NCBI GenBank assembly: GCA_003134765.1
Contig: PLCM01000031.1
Coordinates: 129,540 to 193,539, forward strand
From: Spartobacteria bacterium
Lineage (GTDB): Bacteria > Verrucomicrobiota > Verrucomicrobiia > Chthoniobacterales > UBA10450
Length of the DNA: 64,000 nt
Direction of reading: 5' to 3'
Shown here: one piece after another, positions 43,093-53,734 of the stretch
How positions within the stretch are numbered: the stretch's first letter is position 1
Layout of the letters: every line of letters starts with the position of its first letter
Translations under genes and position numbers: made by a program
The notes under the pieces: generated by a model
Database searches by the model: none
What the model was told of the DNA's origin: nothing
The model's input: only the letters and a program-made list of their open reading frames with translations

Positions 43093-43288
43093 GCCGATTC
43101 AGTTCAGGAGCCTTGCCCTGGCGCTGCTTCTCTGCTCCGCCGCCGCCCTGGTTTCATGCGCGACCAAAGATTCCGGAGTGCTCATTAACGATCCCACCGC
43201 CAAACGCGAGACTGCCCTCCCCTGGAACGAACAAACGGATTGGGAGCGCGAAGGCGAAGGAGCTGCCCTCAATCAGCAGCACCGGTAG
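43073..43288 (+). CDS. Small putative lipoprotein (71 aa)
   Basis: MLVTIRKPIQFRSLALALLLCSAAALVSC with lipobox LVSC. ggag lies 10 nt upstream. It overlaps the previous gene end by 20 nt. Confidence 0.45.
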   Translation: MLVTIRKPIQFRSLALALLLCSAAALVSCATKDSGVLINDPTAKRETALPWNEQTDWEREGEGAALNQQHR

Positions 43289-43300
43289 TGCGCCGCTCAC

Positions 43301-44629
43301 CTAGATCCAAAACCCGGCCGGGATTACGGCGTTTTTCGGCACGACCACGATTCCGTCGCGGATAAAATAATTTCCCGCGTCGAGGTCCGCCGGTTTTCCT
43401 TCCGGGGTGATCACGACCCCATCGGCGATCCGCGCGTTTTTGTCGATGATTGCCCGGTCGATCACGCAATTGCGCCCGATCCCGATTGGCGGGATCCGAT
43501 CCCGTTCGCTCGGCGGATCGGTTTCATAGTAATCGGCTCCCATCACGATGCTGTTGCGGATCGTCGCGCCGCTTTCGATCGTGCTGCGGACGCCGATCAC
43601 CGAGCGCTCGATGTGGGCGTCCGAAATAATGCAGCCGTCCGCGATGATCGCCTGGCGCAACGTTGCGCCGTTGATTTTGCTGCCGGGCAGGAAACGCGGA
43701 TGCGTGTAGATGGGCGCGGCGGCTTCGAAGAAACTATACTGCGGCAACAGGTCGGTCAGGTCGAGGTTTGCCTCGTAAAAGGCGCGGATCGTTCCGATGT
43801 CTTCCCAATACCCGTTGAAAATATAACCGCTCACCAGCCGTTGCTCGATCGATTGCGGGATGATGTGTTTGCCAAAATCCACCAGGTCGTTGTCCAGGCA
43901 TTCCACGAGCACGTCGCGATTGAAAACGTAAATGCCCATCGAGGCCTGATACAATTCCTCCTCGGGACCCGAACCGACTGAGGCCAGGAGTTCCGGGCCC
44001 ATTCGGAATTCACTCAAAACGGCTGGGTCCTTCGGTTTCTCGACGAACTTCGTCACCCGGCGGTTCGCATCGCTCTGCATGATCCCGAAGTCCGCGACCA
44101 GTCCCCGCTCGACGGGCTTGATCGCAAGAGTGATATCGGCGCCGGAGCGAATGTGCTGGTGCAGCAGCGCCCGAAAATCCATCCGGTAAAGCTGATCGCC
44201 GCTGAGGATTATGTAATAATCGAACGGCCGTTCGAGGAAGTAGCGCATGTTTTGCCGGACGGCGTCGGCCGTGCCCTGGTACCATTGCGATCCCTCCGGA
44301 GTTTGCTGCGCCGCGAGAATGTCCACGAAGCTGCGCGAGAAATTGTCGAACTTGTAGCTCGCCTGGATGTGGCGATGGAGCGACATGCTGTTGAATTGCG
44401 TCAGGACATAAATCGAGCGCAGCCCGGAGTTGAGGCAATTGCTAATCGGAATATCGACCAGGCGATATTTTCCGCCCAGCGGAACCGCCGGCTTCGCGCG
44501 GTCCTTTGTCAGCGGGAACAAACGGGTGCCGGCCCCGCCTCCCATGATGACCGCGAGCGTCCGCTCCGTTGTCCCAGGTGGAAGCGCCGGAGTGGGAGCC
44601 ACCGCTGCCAATGATTCCCGGCTTTTCAT
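43301..44629 (-). CDS. glgC: Glucose-1-phosphate adenylyltransferase
   Basis: AVIMGGGAGTRLFPLTKDRAKPAVPLGGKYRLVDIPISNC and a left-handed beta-helix C-terminus. Confidence 0.93.
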   Translation of the reverse strand: MKSRESLAAVAPTPALPPGTTERTLAVIMGGGAGTRLFPLTKDRAKPAVPLGGKYRLVDIPISNCLNSGLRSIYVLTQFNSMSLHRHIQASYKFDNFSRSFVDILAAQQTPEGSQWYQGTADAVRQNMRYFLERPFDYYIILSGDQLYRMDFRALLHQHIRSGADITLAIKPVERGLVADFGIMQSDANRRVTKFVEKPKDPAVLSEFRMGPELLASVGSGPEEELYQASMGIYVFNRDVLVECLDNDLVDFGKHIIPQSIEQRLVSGYIFNGYWEDIGTIRAFYEANLDLTDLLPQYSFFEAAAPIYTHPRFLPGSKINGATLRQAIIADGCIISDAHIERSVIGVRSTIESGATIRNSIVMGADYYETDPPSERDRIPPIGIGRNCVIDRAIIDKNARIADGVVITPEGKPADLDAGNYFIRDGIVVVPKNAVIPAGFWI

Positions 44630-44703
44630 TTCGATAACTCAATTAACGCAGAATGCCCCTGCGACCATCAACCTTTTTGCGCGGAGCCTCGCATAAGTAA
44701 GAT

Positions 44704-44794
44704 GTCATCCCGAGTACCGCGGCCGCGGGATCGAGGGACCCCGTGGAGCATCGGTCGACATGCCACGGGATCCTTCGACTTCGCTCAGGATGAC
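44704..44794. repeat. Palindromic intergenic element, GTCATCCCGAG...CTCAGGATGAC (copy A3)
   Basis: gtcatcccgagtaccgcggccgcgggatcgaggg ... gggatccttcgacttcgctcaggatgac. Confidence 0.8.
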
Positions 44795-44852
44795 GGCACC
44801 GAACGCCTCGCCCGGTTGCGCCCCCCGCCCCTTAATGCCACGATCCCCTGTC

Positions 44853-46748
44853 ATGTGCGGCATTGTTGGCTATGTCGGGCGATCCGAAGCGGCGCCCATC
44901 CTCCTGGATGGTCTGCGCCGGCTGGAATATCGCGGCTACGATTCCGCCGGAGTCGCGATCGTCGATGGTGATAAGGTCGAAACCCGTAAATGCGCGGGGC
45001 GGATCGCCGAGCTCGGAAAGTTGATGGCCGAGCGCCCGCCAACCGGGACGTTTGGGATTAGTCACACCCGATGGGCCACGCACGGCAAACCGACGGACCA
45101 GAACGCTCATCCTCACTTCGACGCAACGGGCCGTCTCGCCCTCGTCCATAACGGCGTCATTGAAAATTATCAGGCGCTCAAGGATCAACTCATTCGCGAC
45201 GGCGATCGCAACTTTTCTTCCGACACGGACACCGAAGTTCTCGCCCACCTGATTGGGAAGCTGTACGACGCATCGATGGCCGTGGATCCCGGTTCGAACG
45301 GGAAAACCAAGGCGTCGTTGCCTAACAAAAAGGGGCGACTGGTGGAAGCGGTCCGCACGGCCTTGCGCCAGGTGATCGGCACTTATGGCATTGCGCTCGT
45401 CCATCAGGATATTCCTGATTTCATCGTCGGAGCGCGACGGGGCAGCCCGCTCGTTCTCGGCGTGGGCAAGGATGAGAATTTTCTCGCGAGCGACGTGAGC
45501 GCGATCGTCGCCTACACCCGCGACGCCGTTTACCTGAACGACTTCGACGTCGTCGCCGTCGAGCGCGACAAATTCGAGATCAGCTCGGTCGCCGGCGAAG
45601 CAGGCAATTATCAATTGAGCAAAGTCGAGTTCACCGACGCCGACATCAAGAAGGGCGATTACCCCTATTACATGCTCAAGGAGATCTTTGAGCAGCCCGG
45701 GTCGGTCCGCGACGCCATGCGCGGCCGGCTCAGCCACGAGGAATGCACCGCGAAGCTCGGCGGCCTCAATATGTCGCCGGCGCAGTTGCGCGATGTCGGC
45801 CGTGTCGTCTTGACCGGGTGCGGGACGGCGCTCCATGCCGCGATGATCGGCGAATATCTGATCGAACAGCTCGCGCAGATCCCGACCGAGGTGGAATACG
45901 CGAGCGAATTCCGCCATCGCAATACGCCGATGACGCGCGACACCCTTGTCTTAGCCATCAGCCAGAGCGGCGAAACCGCCGACACGCTCGGCGCGCTCCG
46001 CGAGAGCCGGCGCAAGGGCTATCGCACCCTCGGCATTTGCAACAATGTCGCCAGCACCATCGCGCGGGAAAGCGACGGCGGCGTTTACATGCATGCCGGC
46101 CCCGAGATCGGCGTCGCGGCCACGAAATCCTTCACTTCGCAGGTCGCAATCCTGACTGCGATCGGTCTCCTTCTCGGCCGGATGCGGCATCTCTCCACTT
46201 CCGAGGGAACGCGGATCATCGATGCGCTCGAAGCACTCCCGGATCAGATCGAGCAGGTTTTGAAACTGAGCGATCAGATGAAAGCGATCGCCCGGAAATA
46301 CGCTTCCGTGAACGGCATGCTCTTTTTCGGCCGCCAGTTCAATTTCCCCATCGCACTCGAGGCGGCGCTGAAGATGAAAGAGATCACCTATCTTTTCGCC
46401 GAAGGCCATCCCAGCGCCGAGCTAAAGCACGGCATCATTGCCCTCGTCCGTCCGGATCTGCCCTCGGTCTTTATCACCCCGGACGACGCCGTCTTTTCGA
46501 AAAACCTGAACAACATCGAGCAGGTCCGGGCGCGGAAGGGCCCGGTCATCGCCATTACCTCTGGAACCGGCGCCGATCGTCTGGCCAAAATCGCCGACGA
46601 CATCGTTACGATCCCGGCGGTGCCTGATTACGTCAGCCCGATTCTGACCGTCATTCCGCTTCAACTGCTTGCCTACCACCTCGCCGTCGAGCTTGGCCGC
46701 GACGTCGACAAGCCGCGCAATCTCGCGAAGAGCGTGACCGTTGAGTAG
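44853..46748 (+). CDS. glmS: Glutamine--fructose-6-phosphate aminotransferase
   Basis: MCGIVGYVG N-terminal Cys nucleophile, two SIS domains, and a C-terminal ...NLAKSVTVE. The ATG at 44853 was verified. Confidence 0.97.
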   Translation: MCGIVGYVGRSEAAPILLDGLRRLEYRGYDSAGVAIVDGDKVETRKCAGRIAELGKLMAERPPTGTFGISHTRWATHGKPTDQNAHPHFDATGRLALVHNGVIENYQALKDQLIRDGDRNFSSDTDTEVLAHLIGKLYDASMAVDPGSNGKTKASLPNKKGRLVEAVRTALRQVIGTYGIALVHQDIPDFIVGARRGSPLVLGVGKDENFLASDVSAIVAYTRDAVYLNDFDVVAVERDKFEISSVAGEAGNYQLSKVEFTDADIKKGDYPYYMLKEIFEQPGSVRDAMRGRLSHEECTAKLGGLNMSPAQLRDVGRVVLTGCGTALHAAMIGEYLIEQLAQIPTEVEYASEFRHRNTPMTRDTLVLAISQSGETADTLGALRESRRKGYRTLGICNNVASTIARESDGGVYMHAGPEIGVAATKSFTSQVAILTAIGLLLGRMRHLSTSEGTRIIDALEALPDQIEQVLKLSDQMKAIARKYASVNGMLFFGRQFNFPIALEAALKMKEITYLFAEGHPSAELKHGIIALVRPDLPSVFITPDDAVFSKNLNNIEQVRARKGPVIAITSGTGADRLAKIADDIVTIPAVPDYVSPILTVIPLQLLAYHLAVELGRDVDKPRNLAKSVTVE

Positions 46749-46756
46749 CGTGCAGG

Positions 46757-47134
46757 TCAGCGCAGGCCGCTGTCACCCGTCCACTGCACCTTCGTTATTT
46801 TCCCCGCCACCACGTCGGTTTCGAAATACCAACGGCCTATCCGACCAGCGTCCGGCCTGAAGACGACGTAATGGCCCGGCGGCAATAAAATTCGAAACCC
46901 GCCCCCCGCATCCGTGGTGAAGGACGCCACCTTTTCTTCTTCCTTCTTCACCCCGAATTCAATGTTCCCAGCCGGGGCCGTATTGGGAATGTCTTCTCTC
47001 GCCGGACCACCATGACTTGGCGAGATCGAAATGACACCCTCGATTCCGCTCGTGGATGGGGGCGGTGTTTCTGCCGACGCGACAAAGCGGAGAAGGCTCA
47101 ATAGCAGGGCACAGAAAGAAAGACGAGACAGCAT
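46757..47134 (-). CDS. Small secreted protein (carboxypeptidase-regulatory-like fold suspected)
   Basis: Signal peptide MLSRLSFCALLLSLLRFVASA, then ...TDAGGGFRILLPPGHYVV... Confidence 0.5.
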   Translation of the reverse strand: MLSRLSFCALLLSLLRFVASAETPPPSTSGIEGVISISPSHGGPAREDIPNTAPAGNIEFGVKKEEEKVASFTTDAGGGFRILLPPGHYVVFRPDAGRIGRWYFETDVVAGKITKVQWTGDSGLR

Positions 47135-47299
47135 ACGCCTGACATCCTATTCGGGCCTTGCTTTCATTGCACGGCCGTCGTTCGGCCGGTTGCGCTTCCC
47201 GGAATCAGCCCGATCGAGCAAGTTTCCGTTCCAATATCGCGACGTTCTTTGACAAGCGGGCGGTTGGTCTGCAAAGCTCGCTCTCCCGAACTTGTCGAC

Positions 47300-47986
47300 A
47301 TGTCGAGCCCGCGAATTCTAATCATCGAGGACGAACAGGACGTGATCGATCTGCTTACGCTTCATCTGCGCAAAGCCGGCTTCGCCTTGAGCACCGCGAC
47401 GGATGGAGCCGTGGGACTCCGCAAGGCGAGGGAAGAATCGCCGGCGTTGATCATTCTCGATCTGCTCCTGCCGAAAATGCCCGGGCTAGAGATCTGCAAG
47501 GTGCTCAAGACCGACATCGCCACCCGGCAGATTCCCATTCTCATGTTGACCGCGAAGGCGGAGGAAATCGACCGCATTATCGGGTTGGAATTCGGCGCCG
47601 ACGATTACGTCACGAAGCCATTCAGCCCTCGCGAACTGGTTCTCCGCGTGAACGCCATTCTCCGGCGGGGAAAAGGCGAAGCGGGCGATGAGAAAAAATT
47701 GTCAATTGGACAGATCACCCTCGATCCCTCCCGCCATCATGTGACCGTGGGGGACAAATCGGTGCGATTGACCAGCGTAGAATTCAAATTGCTCAGCATG
47801 CTCATGCGGCGCCAGGGACGGGTGCAGGAGCGCGACCGTTTGCTGAACGAAGTCTGGGGATACGAAAGCGTCATCGACACGCGCACCGTCGATACTCACA
47901 TCCGACGGCTCCGCAAGAAATTGGGCAAGGCATCCTCCGCCATCGAAACAGTCCGCGGCTTCGGGTACCGCATTCGGGAAAGCTAA
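47300..47986 (+). CDS. phoB: OmpR/PhoB-family response regulator
   Basis: RILIIEDEQDV...LIILDLLLPKMPG...KPF and a winged-helix C-terminus ...VRGFGYRI. It is adjacent to phoR and pst. Confidence 0.9.
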   Translation: MSSPRILIIEDEQDVIDLLTLHLRKAGFALSTATDGAVGLRKAREESPALIILDLLLPKMPGLEICKVLKTDIATRQIPILMLTAKAEEIDRIIGLEFGADDYVTKPFSPRELVLRVNAILRRGKGEAGDEKKLSIGQITLDPSRHHVTVGDKSVRLTSVEFKLLSMLMRRQGRVQERDRLLNEVWGYESVIDTRTVDTHIRRLRKKLGKASSAIETVRGFGYRIRES

Positions 47987-47991
47987 GCCGG

Positions 47992-49266
47992 ATGGGTTGG
48001 CTCGCCTTTTCCCTGTTGCTGGGGCTCCTGCTCGCGATCGGTTTCGCGGTGTGGCACAAATGGATCGCGCCGTGGAAAGATGTGGAGCAATTGGCTGACG
48101 ACATCGTAGGAAGTCGTCCTCCGCGGAAATTTCTCATCAGCGGCAACCTGCATGCGCGCCGGATCGGACTGGCGCTCGAAAGCCTGACCGATCGCCGGCG
48201 CGAGCTCGAGCAACGGGTGCGCGAGGGGGAGCTCAGCGTCCAGGCTGTCTTCGGCGCGATGCTCGATGGACTGGTGGTGGTGGACGATCTCCGCCGCGTC
48301 CGTCTCATGAATCGCGAATTCCGGACCGTTTTCGGTATCGAACAAAGTATCTCCGGCGGAACCCTCCTGGAGCTGATTCGGCACGCTTCGGTCGATCGCC
48401 TGGTCATGGAAGCGATCCGCAGCAGGCAACCAAAGCGGGAATCGATTCAACTTTCCCGCGGCACCAGCGACGGCCGGGAAATGGAAGTAAGCGCCGTCCC
48501 TTTGGGAGAGAATTCCGCCCAAATGGAAGGCGCCGTCGTGTTGTTTCGCGACGTTACGCAACTGCGGCAGGTGGAGGAAATGCGCCGGGAATTTGTCGCC
48601 AACGTTTCGCATGAGCTGCGAACGCCGCTCTCGATCTTCCGCGGATATCTCGAGACGTTGCTCGACGACCCACACCAGCCGCCGGGCGAACTGCTGCGCA
48701 TCCTTGAAATTATGGAGCGCCATTCCGATCGGTTGAATGCGCTGGTCGAAGATGTGCTCAGCCTGGCCCGGCTCGAGTCGCCGGGGATGGAACTTAATCT
48801 GGCGGAGGTCGATCTTCCCGAGCTGCTCCACTCGATCATGCGAGATTGGGAGAAACGCTTTGCCACCAAGCAGCTCAAATCGCATCTCAATTTCCCGGGA
48901 AATCTTCCGCTCCTCGAGGCGGACGAGAGCCGTCTTCAAGAAGTCATTTACAACCTTCTCGATAATGCCGTGAAATATTCCAAACCCGGCGGGACCGTCT
49001 CTCTTCGTGCTGAAATCGAGGGCGAGCGCGTTCGTATTAGCGTGACCGATCAGGGCGTCGGGATTCCCGAGTCCGATCTGCCCCGTATCTTCGAGCGCTT
49101 CTATCGCGCCGATAAGGCGCGCAGTCGCGAACTCGGCGGGACGGGCCTGGGCCTGTCGATCGTCAAGCACATCATCCAACTCCATGGCGGCGCCGTGGAG
49201 GCGAGGAGCGAACTCGATAAGGGAACGACGATCAGCGTGCTGGTGCCAATCACGCGCAGAGCGTGA
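47992..49266 (+). CDS. phoR: Phosphate-regulon sensor histidine kinase
   Basis: TM helix, PAS domain, H-box FVANVSHELRTPL, then DQGVGI...GTGLGLSIVKHI. Confidence 0.88.
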   Translation: MGWLAFSLLLGLLLAIGFAVWHKWIAPWKDVEQLADDIVGSRPPRKFLISGNLHARRIGLALESLTDRRRELEQRVREGELSVQAVFGAMLDGLVVVDDLRRVRLMNREFRTVFGIEQSISGGTLLELIRHASVDRLVMEAIRSRQPKRESIQLSRGTSDGREMEVSAVPLGENSAQMEGAVVLFRDVTQLRQVEEMRREFVANVSHELRTPLSIFRGYLETLLDDPHQPPGELLRILEIMERHSDRLNALVEDVLSLARLESPGMELNLAEVDLPELLHSIMRDWEKRFATKQLKSHLNFPGNLPLLEADESRLQEVIYNLLDNAVKYSKPGGTVSLRAEIEGERVRISVTDQGVGIPESDLPRIFERFYRADKARSRELGGTGLGLSIVKHIIQLHGGAVEARSELDKGTTISVLVPITRRA

Positions 49267-49274
49267 ATCCGCTC

Positions 49275-49408
49275 TGGGGAGCGCAGGCCGCCAGCCTGCC
49301 GCAGCCGGCAGCTTGCCGGCTGCACTTTCGGCGAAGCCGATTCCCATTATCGCGCGATACGTCTCGGCAAGCTGCCGAGACGAGCAGGCTGGCAGCCTGC
49401 GATCCCCA
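49275..49408. repeat. Palindromic element with TGGGGAGCGCAGGC...GCCTGCGATCCCCA termini (family D)
   Basis: tggggagcgcaggccgccagcc (49275-49296) pairs with ggctggcagcctgcgatcccca (49387-49408). It sits in the phoR-pstC spacer. Confidence 0.75.
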
Positions 49409-49487
49409 GAAACGGAATCCGCGTCACACAAACGTTACACTAAACCCGTTGCCGGACCCCGCGCGGTTCCACGAAACTTGGTTCCGC

Positions 49488-51080
49488 ATGGAAGGTCTCG
49501 CCGACTCCCGCATTCTCATTCCCGCCCGAACAAAATCGCGCCGCACGCAGGCTGCGATCGAACAAGGCATCAAGGCATTCTTCGGTGGCAACGCCCTGGT
49601 CGCCGTCATCGTCCTGGCGTTGATCACGATTTTTCTTTTCCGCGAAGGCTTCGGTTTCTTCGGGCAAAACCTGGCAAACCTTCGCCTTTATCGGCAGGCC
49701 GGCCTGGAATACGTCGATATTATTCGCGCAACGGCGGCGCAGCACGAAGCGCTCTCCCGAAAATTGAGCGAAATCCGTTTGCGGCAGGTGCGGGTCATGG
49801 AAAAGCGAAACGCGCCGCTCGACGAAATCAACGCCGCTCTCGCTTCCTTCGATCAATTCGCTTCCGCTTTCAGCGATACCGCGGAGAATTTGCACGGCTT
49901 GGTTTCCGATCTGACGGAGCAGGCGAGCGGCTTGAAGGAACGGCTTTTTGCGCGTGCGGAACTGTTAGCGCAGCGCTCGCAGTTGGAACAAAACGGTGAA
50001 CACGATGCCGCGGCGAAGATCGTCCTGCCCGAGATCGACAGGAAGAGCGCGTTCGACTCTTTGCATCAGGGAGCCGCCACCTTCGAATCGGTCAGCGCCG
50101 AGATGACAGCGAAGCTTTACAATCTTCTCGCAACGGCGCCACCGCTGCCGGACCCGGGCGGGCAAAAAGCTTTCGAACAATGGAAAACGCAGACGCGGGA
50201 GTATCTCGCCGGTTTGCCGGCCGCTTCTGAGAAACTGCGAAGCTGGTCACCGGATACGGCCATCCCCTGGTATCGATCGATCAGCTCCTTTCTCTTCGGG
50301 CGCGAATGGGTAACGGCGAGTTTCTGGCAGGATTGGTACGGGATCGTGCCGTTGCTGGTCGGCTCGGTGATGGTATCGCTCGTGGCGCTTTTGATTGCGG
50401 TCCCGCTCGGCGTCGCTTCCGCTATTTACGTGAGCGAGGTCGCTTCGCGTCATGAAAAACGCCTGATCAAACCCTACATCGAATTCATCTCCGCGATCCC
50501 GTCGGTCGTCCTCGGATTTTTCGGAATTGCCGTGGTTGGCCAGGCCGTTCGGGCCGCGTCGCAATCCTCGTTCTTCAAGTGGGTCTCGTTTTTTCCGATC
50601 AGCGAACGCCTGAATATTTTCACGGCCGGATGTCTCCTGGCGCTCATGGCGGTGCCGACGATTTTCACGCTCGCGGAAGACGCTTTGCGCAACGTCCCGC
50701 GGGGATTCAAGGAAGCCTCCTACGCCATGGGAGCGAACCGCCTTCAGACCATCGCGCGCGTCATCGTGCCGGCCTCGCTCTCCGGCATTGTGTCCGCGAT
50801 TCTCCTGGGACTTGGCCGCGTCATCGGCGAAACGATGGTGGTCCTGCTCTGCGCGGGGAACCGCATCGCCATCCCGGATTTCACCCAGGGTCTCGGCACC
50901 ATCTTCCAGCCGGTGCACACCATGACCGGGATCATCGCGCAGGAGATGGGCGAAGTGGTGCGGGGCAGCACCCATTATCGCGCGCTCTTCATGGTGGGCC
51001 TGGTGCTTTTCACGATCACGCTGGGAATTAATTATCTCGCGCAGAAGTTCGTCGCGCGGTTCCGCATGAGCATTGGATAG
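49488..51080 (+). CDS. pstC: Phosphate ABC transporter permease PstC (long form with extra N-terminal domain)
   Basis: The C-terminal half has the EAA-type permease core ([20 protein letters not shown]). ATG 49488 was chosen because the upstream ORF-track extension is encoded by repeat D. Confidence 0.88.
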   Translation: MEGLADSRILIPARTKSRRTQAAIEQGIKAFFGGNALVAVIVLALITIFLFREGFGFFGQNLANLRLYRQAGLEYVDIIRATAAQHEALSRKLSEIRLRQVRVMEKRNAPLDEINAALASFDQFASAFSDTAENLHGLVSDLTEQASGLKERLFARAELLAQRSQLEQNGEHDAAAKIVLPEIDRKSAFDSLHQGAATFESVSAEMTAKLYNLLATAPPLPDPGGQKAFEQWKTQTREYLAGLPAASEKLRSWSPDTAIPWYRSISSFLFGREWVTASFWQDWYGIVPLLVGSVMVSLVALLIAVPLGVASAIYVSEVASRHEKRLIKPYIEFISAIPSVVLGFFGIAVVGQAVRAASQSSFFKWVSFFPISERLNIFTAGCLLALMAVPTIFTLAEDALRNVPRGFKEASYAMGANRLQTIARVIVPASLSGIVSAILLGLGRVIGETMVVLLCAGNRIAIPDFTQGLGTIFQPVHTMTGIIAQEMGEVVRGSTHYRALFMVGLVLFTITLGINYLAQKFVARFRMSIG

Positions 51081-51087
51081 GACCTAT

Positions 51088-52110
51088 ATGACCCATCCGA
51101 CACATAGGACCTATCAGCGAAGCGTTGAACGCCTCGTATTCTGGCTCTTCCGCCTGGCGACTTACCTCGTCCTAGCGGCCGCGACTTATATTTTTCTCGA
51201 TATCGGAATCAAAGGGGGACGCACCGTTTTCACCAGCACGCCGCCGTTCATCAACGTCCCGTTTCTGACCGAGCCGCCCCAGACACTCTACGTCTTTGAT
51301 TTCGAGGGGAAAAAGATGACGCTGGGCGACCGTGAATTCCGCCAGTGGAAGACCGCGCATCCCGGAGTTGAAGTGGAAGCGACCAGTATCGCCTACTCCG
51401 CGGGTGGCATCTGGCCCTGCATCGTCGGCACCGCCCTGCTCGTGATCGGTTCGATGGTGCTCGCGCTGGGGATCGGAATCAGCAGCGCGATTTATCTGAG
51501 TGAATACAGCCGGAACGGTCCCCTCATCCGGCTGGTTCGCATCGCGATCCTCAATCTGGCCGGTGTGCCCTCAATCGTCTTCGGGCTTTTCGGCTTTGGC
51601 CTGTTCGTCATTTTCTTCGGCTGGAATGTCTCGCTCATCGCCGGGTGGTTCACGCTCGGACTCATGGTCCTCCCGGCCATCATCACCGCGAGCGAGGAAT
51701 CGCTTCGCGCCGTGCCGCAAGGTTTGCGCGAGGGTTCGCTCGCGCTGGGCGCCAGCAAATGGCAGACGATCCGCAAAAACGTCCTGCCCTATGCGCTGCC
51801 GGGAATCCTGACGTCATCCATCCTCGGGATCGCCCGCGTCGCGGGCGAAACGGCGCCGATCATGTTCACCGCGGCCTACGCGATGAAAGACGAAATGCCC
51901 TGGCAGGTGGCGAAGTTTACGGATTTCTTTTTCCAGGGCGTAATGGCGCTGCCCTATCACATTTACGTCGTCAGCTCGAAGATCCCGCAAAACGAATACA
52001 CGGAGCGGGTCCAGTACGGCGGCGCCTTCGTATTTCTTTTCCTCGTGATGCTCATCGCGTTAACCTCGATCGTGCTGCGAGAACGAAGCAGGAGTCGTTT
52101 ATCATGGTAA
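51088..52110 (+). CDS. pstA: Phosphate ABC transporter permease PstA
   Basis: [29 protein letters not shown]. Confidence 0.9.
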   Translation: MTHPTHRTYQRSVERLVFWLFRLATYLVLAAATYIFLDIGIKGGRTVFTSTPPFINVPFLTEPPQTLYVFDFEGKKMTLGDREFRQWKTAHPGVEVEATSIAYSAGGIWPCIVGTALLVIGSMVLALGIGISSAIYLSEYSRNGPLIRLVRIAILNLAGVPSIVFGLFGFGLFVIFFGWNVSLIAGWFTLGLMVLPAIITASEESLRAVPQGLREGSLALGASKWQTIRKNVLPYALPGILTSSILGIARVAGETAPIMFTAAYAMKDEMPWQVAKFTDFFFQGVMALPYHIYVVSSKIPQNEYTERVQYGGAFVFLFLVMLIALTSIVLRERSRSRLSW

Positions 52111-52943
52111 CCGTCCTCGAAATGCCGGAAATAACTTCACCGATCACCGTCAACCAGCCAGCGACGGCCCCGATCCCGGAAGTCGAGCGCGGTATCATCG
52201 AAATCGAGAGCGTCGATTTCGCATACGGAACCAACAAGGTCCTGCACGATATCAGCCTGAACATTCCCCCGCGGTCGGTCACCGCCTTCATCGGACCATC
52301 CGGTTGCGGCAAGACCACCTTGCTCCGCTGCCTGAATCGCATGAACGACCTTATTGATGGCGCGGGGATCACGCGAGGTTCCATCAAAATCGAGGGCCTC
52401 GACATCAACGCTCCCCACCTCGACGTCGTCGACCTCCGGCGGCGCGTTGGCATGGTCTTCCAAAAATCGAACCCGTTTCCGAAATCAATTTACGACAACG
52501 TCGCCTACGGTTTGCGGATCGCAGGCATCACGAAGCGGACCTTGATCGACGAAGCCGTCGAGAAGAGTCTGCGTTCCGCCGCGCTCTGGGATGAAGTGAA
52601 AGACCGGCTCCACGTCAGCGGCTACGGGCTTTCCGGCGGCCAGCAGCAACGCCTCTGCATCGCGCGCGCCCTCGCCGTCGAGCCGGAGATCGTTCTCATG
52701 GATGAGCCCTGCTCCGCGCTCGACCCGATCGCAACCGCGAAAGTGGAAGAGCTCATCCGGCAATTGAAAGAGCAATACACCATCGTCATAGTCACTCACA
52801 ACATGCAACAGGCCGGCCGCTGCTCCGATGTCACCGCTTTCTTCTATCTTGGCCGCCTGATCGAGTTCGATCGCACCACCAAAATCTTTTCAAATCCAGC
52901 CCAGCGTCAGACGGAGGAATACATCACCGGCCGCTTCGGTTGA
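52104..52943 (+). CDS. pstB: Phosphate ABC transporter ATP-binding protein
   Basis: Walker [10 protein letters not shown], signature LSGGQQQR, Walker B VLMDEP. Confidence 0.96.
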   Translation: MVTVLEMPEITSPITVNQPATAPIPEVERGIIEIESVDFAYGTNKVLHDISLNIPPRSVTAFIGPSGCGKTTLLRCLNRMNDLIDGAGITRGSIKIEGLDINAPHLDVVDLRRRVGMVFQKSNPFPKSIYDNVAYGLRIAGITKRTLIDEAVEKSLRSAALWDEVKDRLHVSGYGLSGGQQQRLCIARALAVEPEIVLMDEPCSALDPIATAKVEELIRQLKEQYTIVIVTHNMQQAGRCSDVTAFFYLGRLIEFDRTTKIFSNPAQRQTEEYITGRFG

Positions 52944-52992
52944 TACCATTGTAACGATTCAACGCTCAACGCTTCAACAATTTACGTCCGCA

Positions 52993-53679
52993 ATGATCGC
53001 ACCCAAACATATCCTGGGAACCTTCGACGAAGCGCTCGCCACCTTGCGCGACAACGTCCTCATGATGTCGAGCCTCACGGAGCGCAGCCTCGAGCGCGCC
53101 ATCACTGGCCTTCTCCAGCGCGATGACGAGCTTTGTGCCATCGCGATTGCCGACGACGAGGAGATCGACCAGCTCGAAAAGCAGGTGGATAAGGACGGGA
53201 TCGATCTGCTCCTGCGTTTCCAGCCGGTCGCGTCCGATCTGCGCCGCGTGGTTTCCGCGATGAAACTCTCCTCGAATCTCGAGCGGATGGCCGACCAGGG
53301 CACCAACATCGCCCGGCGCGCACGCAAGTTGAACCAGCATCCCGTCCTGCCGGAGACAGAATTGATCCGGCCGATGTATGTCCACGCCATGGCCATGTTC
53401 AAGGACTCCATCGACGCCTTCGTCCGCGAAGACGTGCAGCTGGCGCGATCGGTGGTCCCGCGAGACCACGGCCTTGACGACATGAACAGCTCGGCCAGCC
53501 GCCGTCTCATCGAACGAATGGCCGAAGATCCGGCCCAGCTTCGTGGGTATCTGAATCTCATTTTTATCTCCCGCTGTCTCGAACGCGTCGGCGATCACGC
53601 CACGAACATGGCGGAGGACGCCGTTTACGCCGCCGCCGCCGAAGACATCCGCCACCAGCATTTGGTCCCGGCAGAATAA
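52993..53679 (+). CDS. phoU: Phosphate signalling complex protein PhoU
   Basis: Two-repeat PhoU pattern, ...LERVGDHATNMAE... Confidence 0.93.
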   Translation: MIAPKHILGTFDEALATLRDNVLMMSSLTERSLERAITGLLQRDDELCAIAIADDEEIDQLEKQVDKDGIDLLLRFQPVASDLRRVVSAMKLSSNLERMADQGTNIARRARKLNQHPVLPETELIRPMYVHAMAMFKDSIDAFVREDVQLARSVVPRDHGLDDMNSSASRRLIERMAEDPAQLRGYLNLIFISRCLERVGDHATNMAEDAVYAAAAEDIRHQHLVPAE

Positions 53680-53681
53680 TT

Positions 53682-53733
53682 GGTAGGGACGCCGCGCTGC
53701 GGCGTCCGGACGGCGCAGCGCGCCATTCCTACC
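53682..53733. repeat. Palindromic element GGTAGGG...CCTACC (copy B3)
   Basis: ggtagggacgccgcgctgcggcgtccggacggcgcagcgcgccattcctacc. Its reverse complement differs from copy B4 at one position. Confidence 0.85.
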
Positions 53734-53734
53734 A

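Noticed and set aside
44630-44852. glmS ribozyme upstream of glmS
   Set aside because: The spacer is mostly a family-A palindromic element and I saw no recognisable ribozyme core. The ribozyme is mainly a Gram-positive feature.
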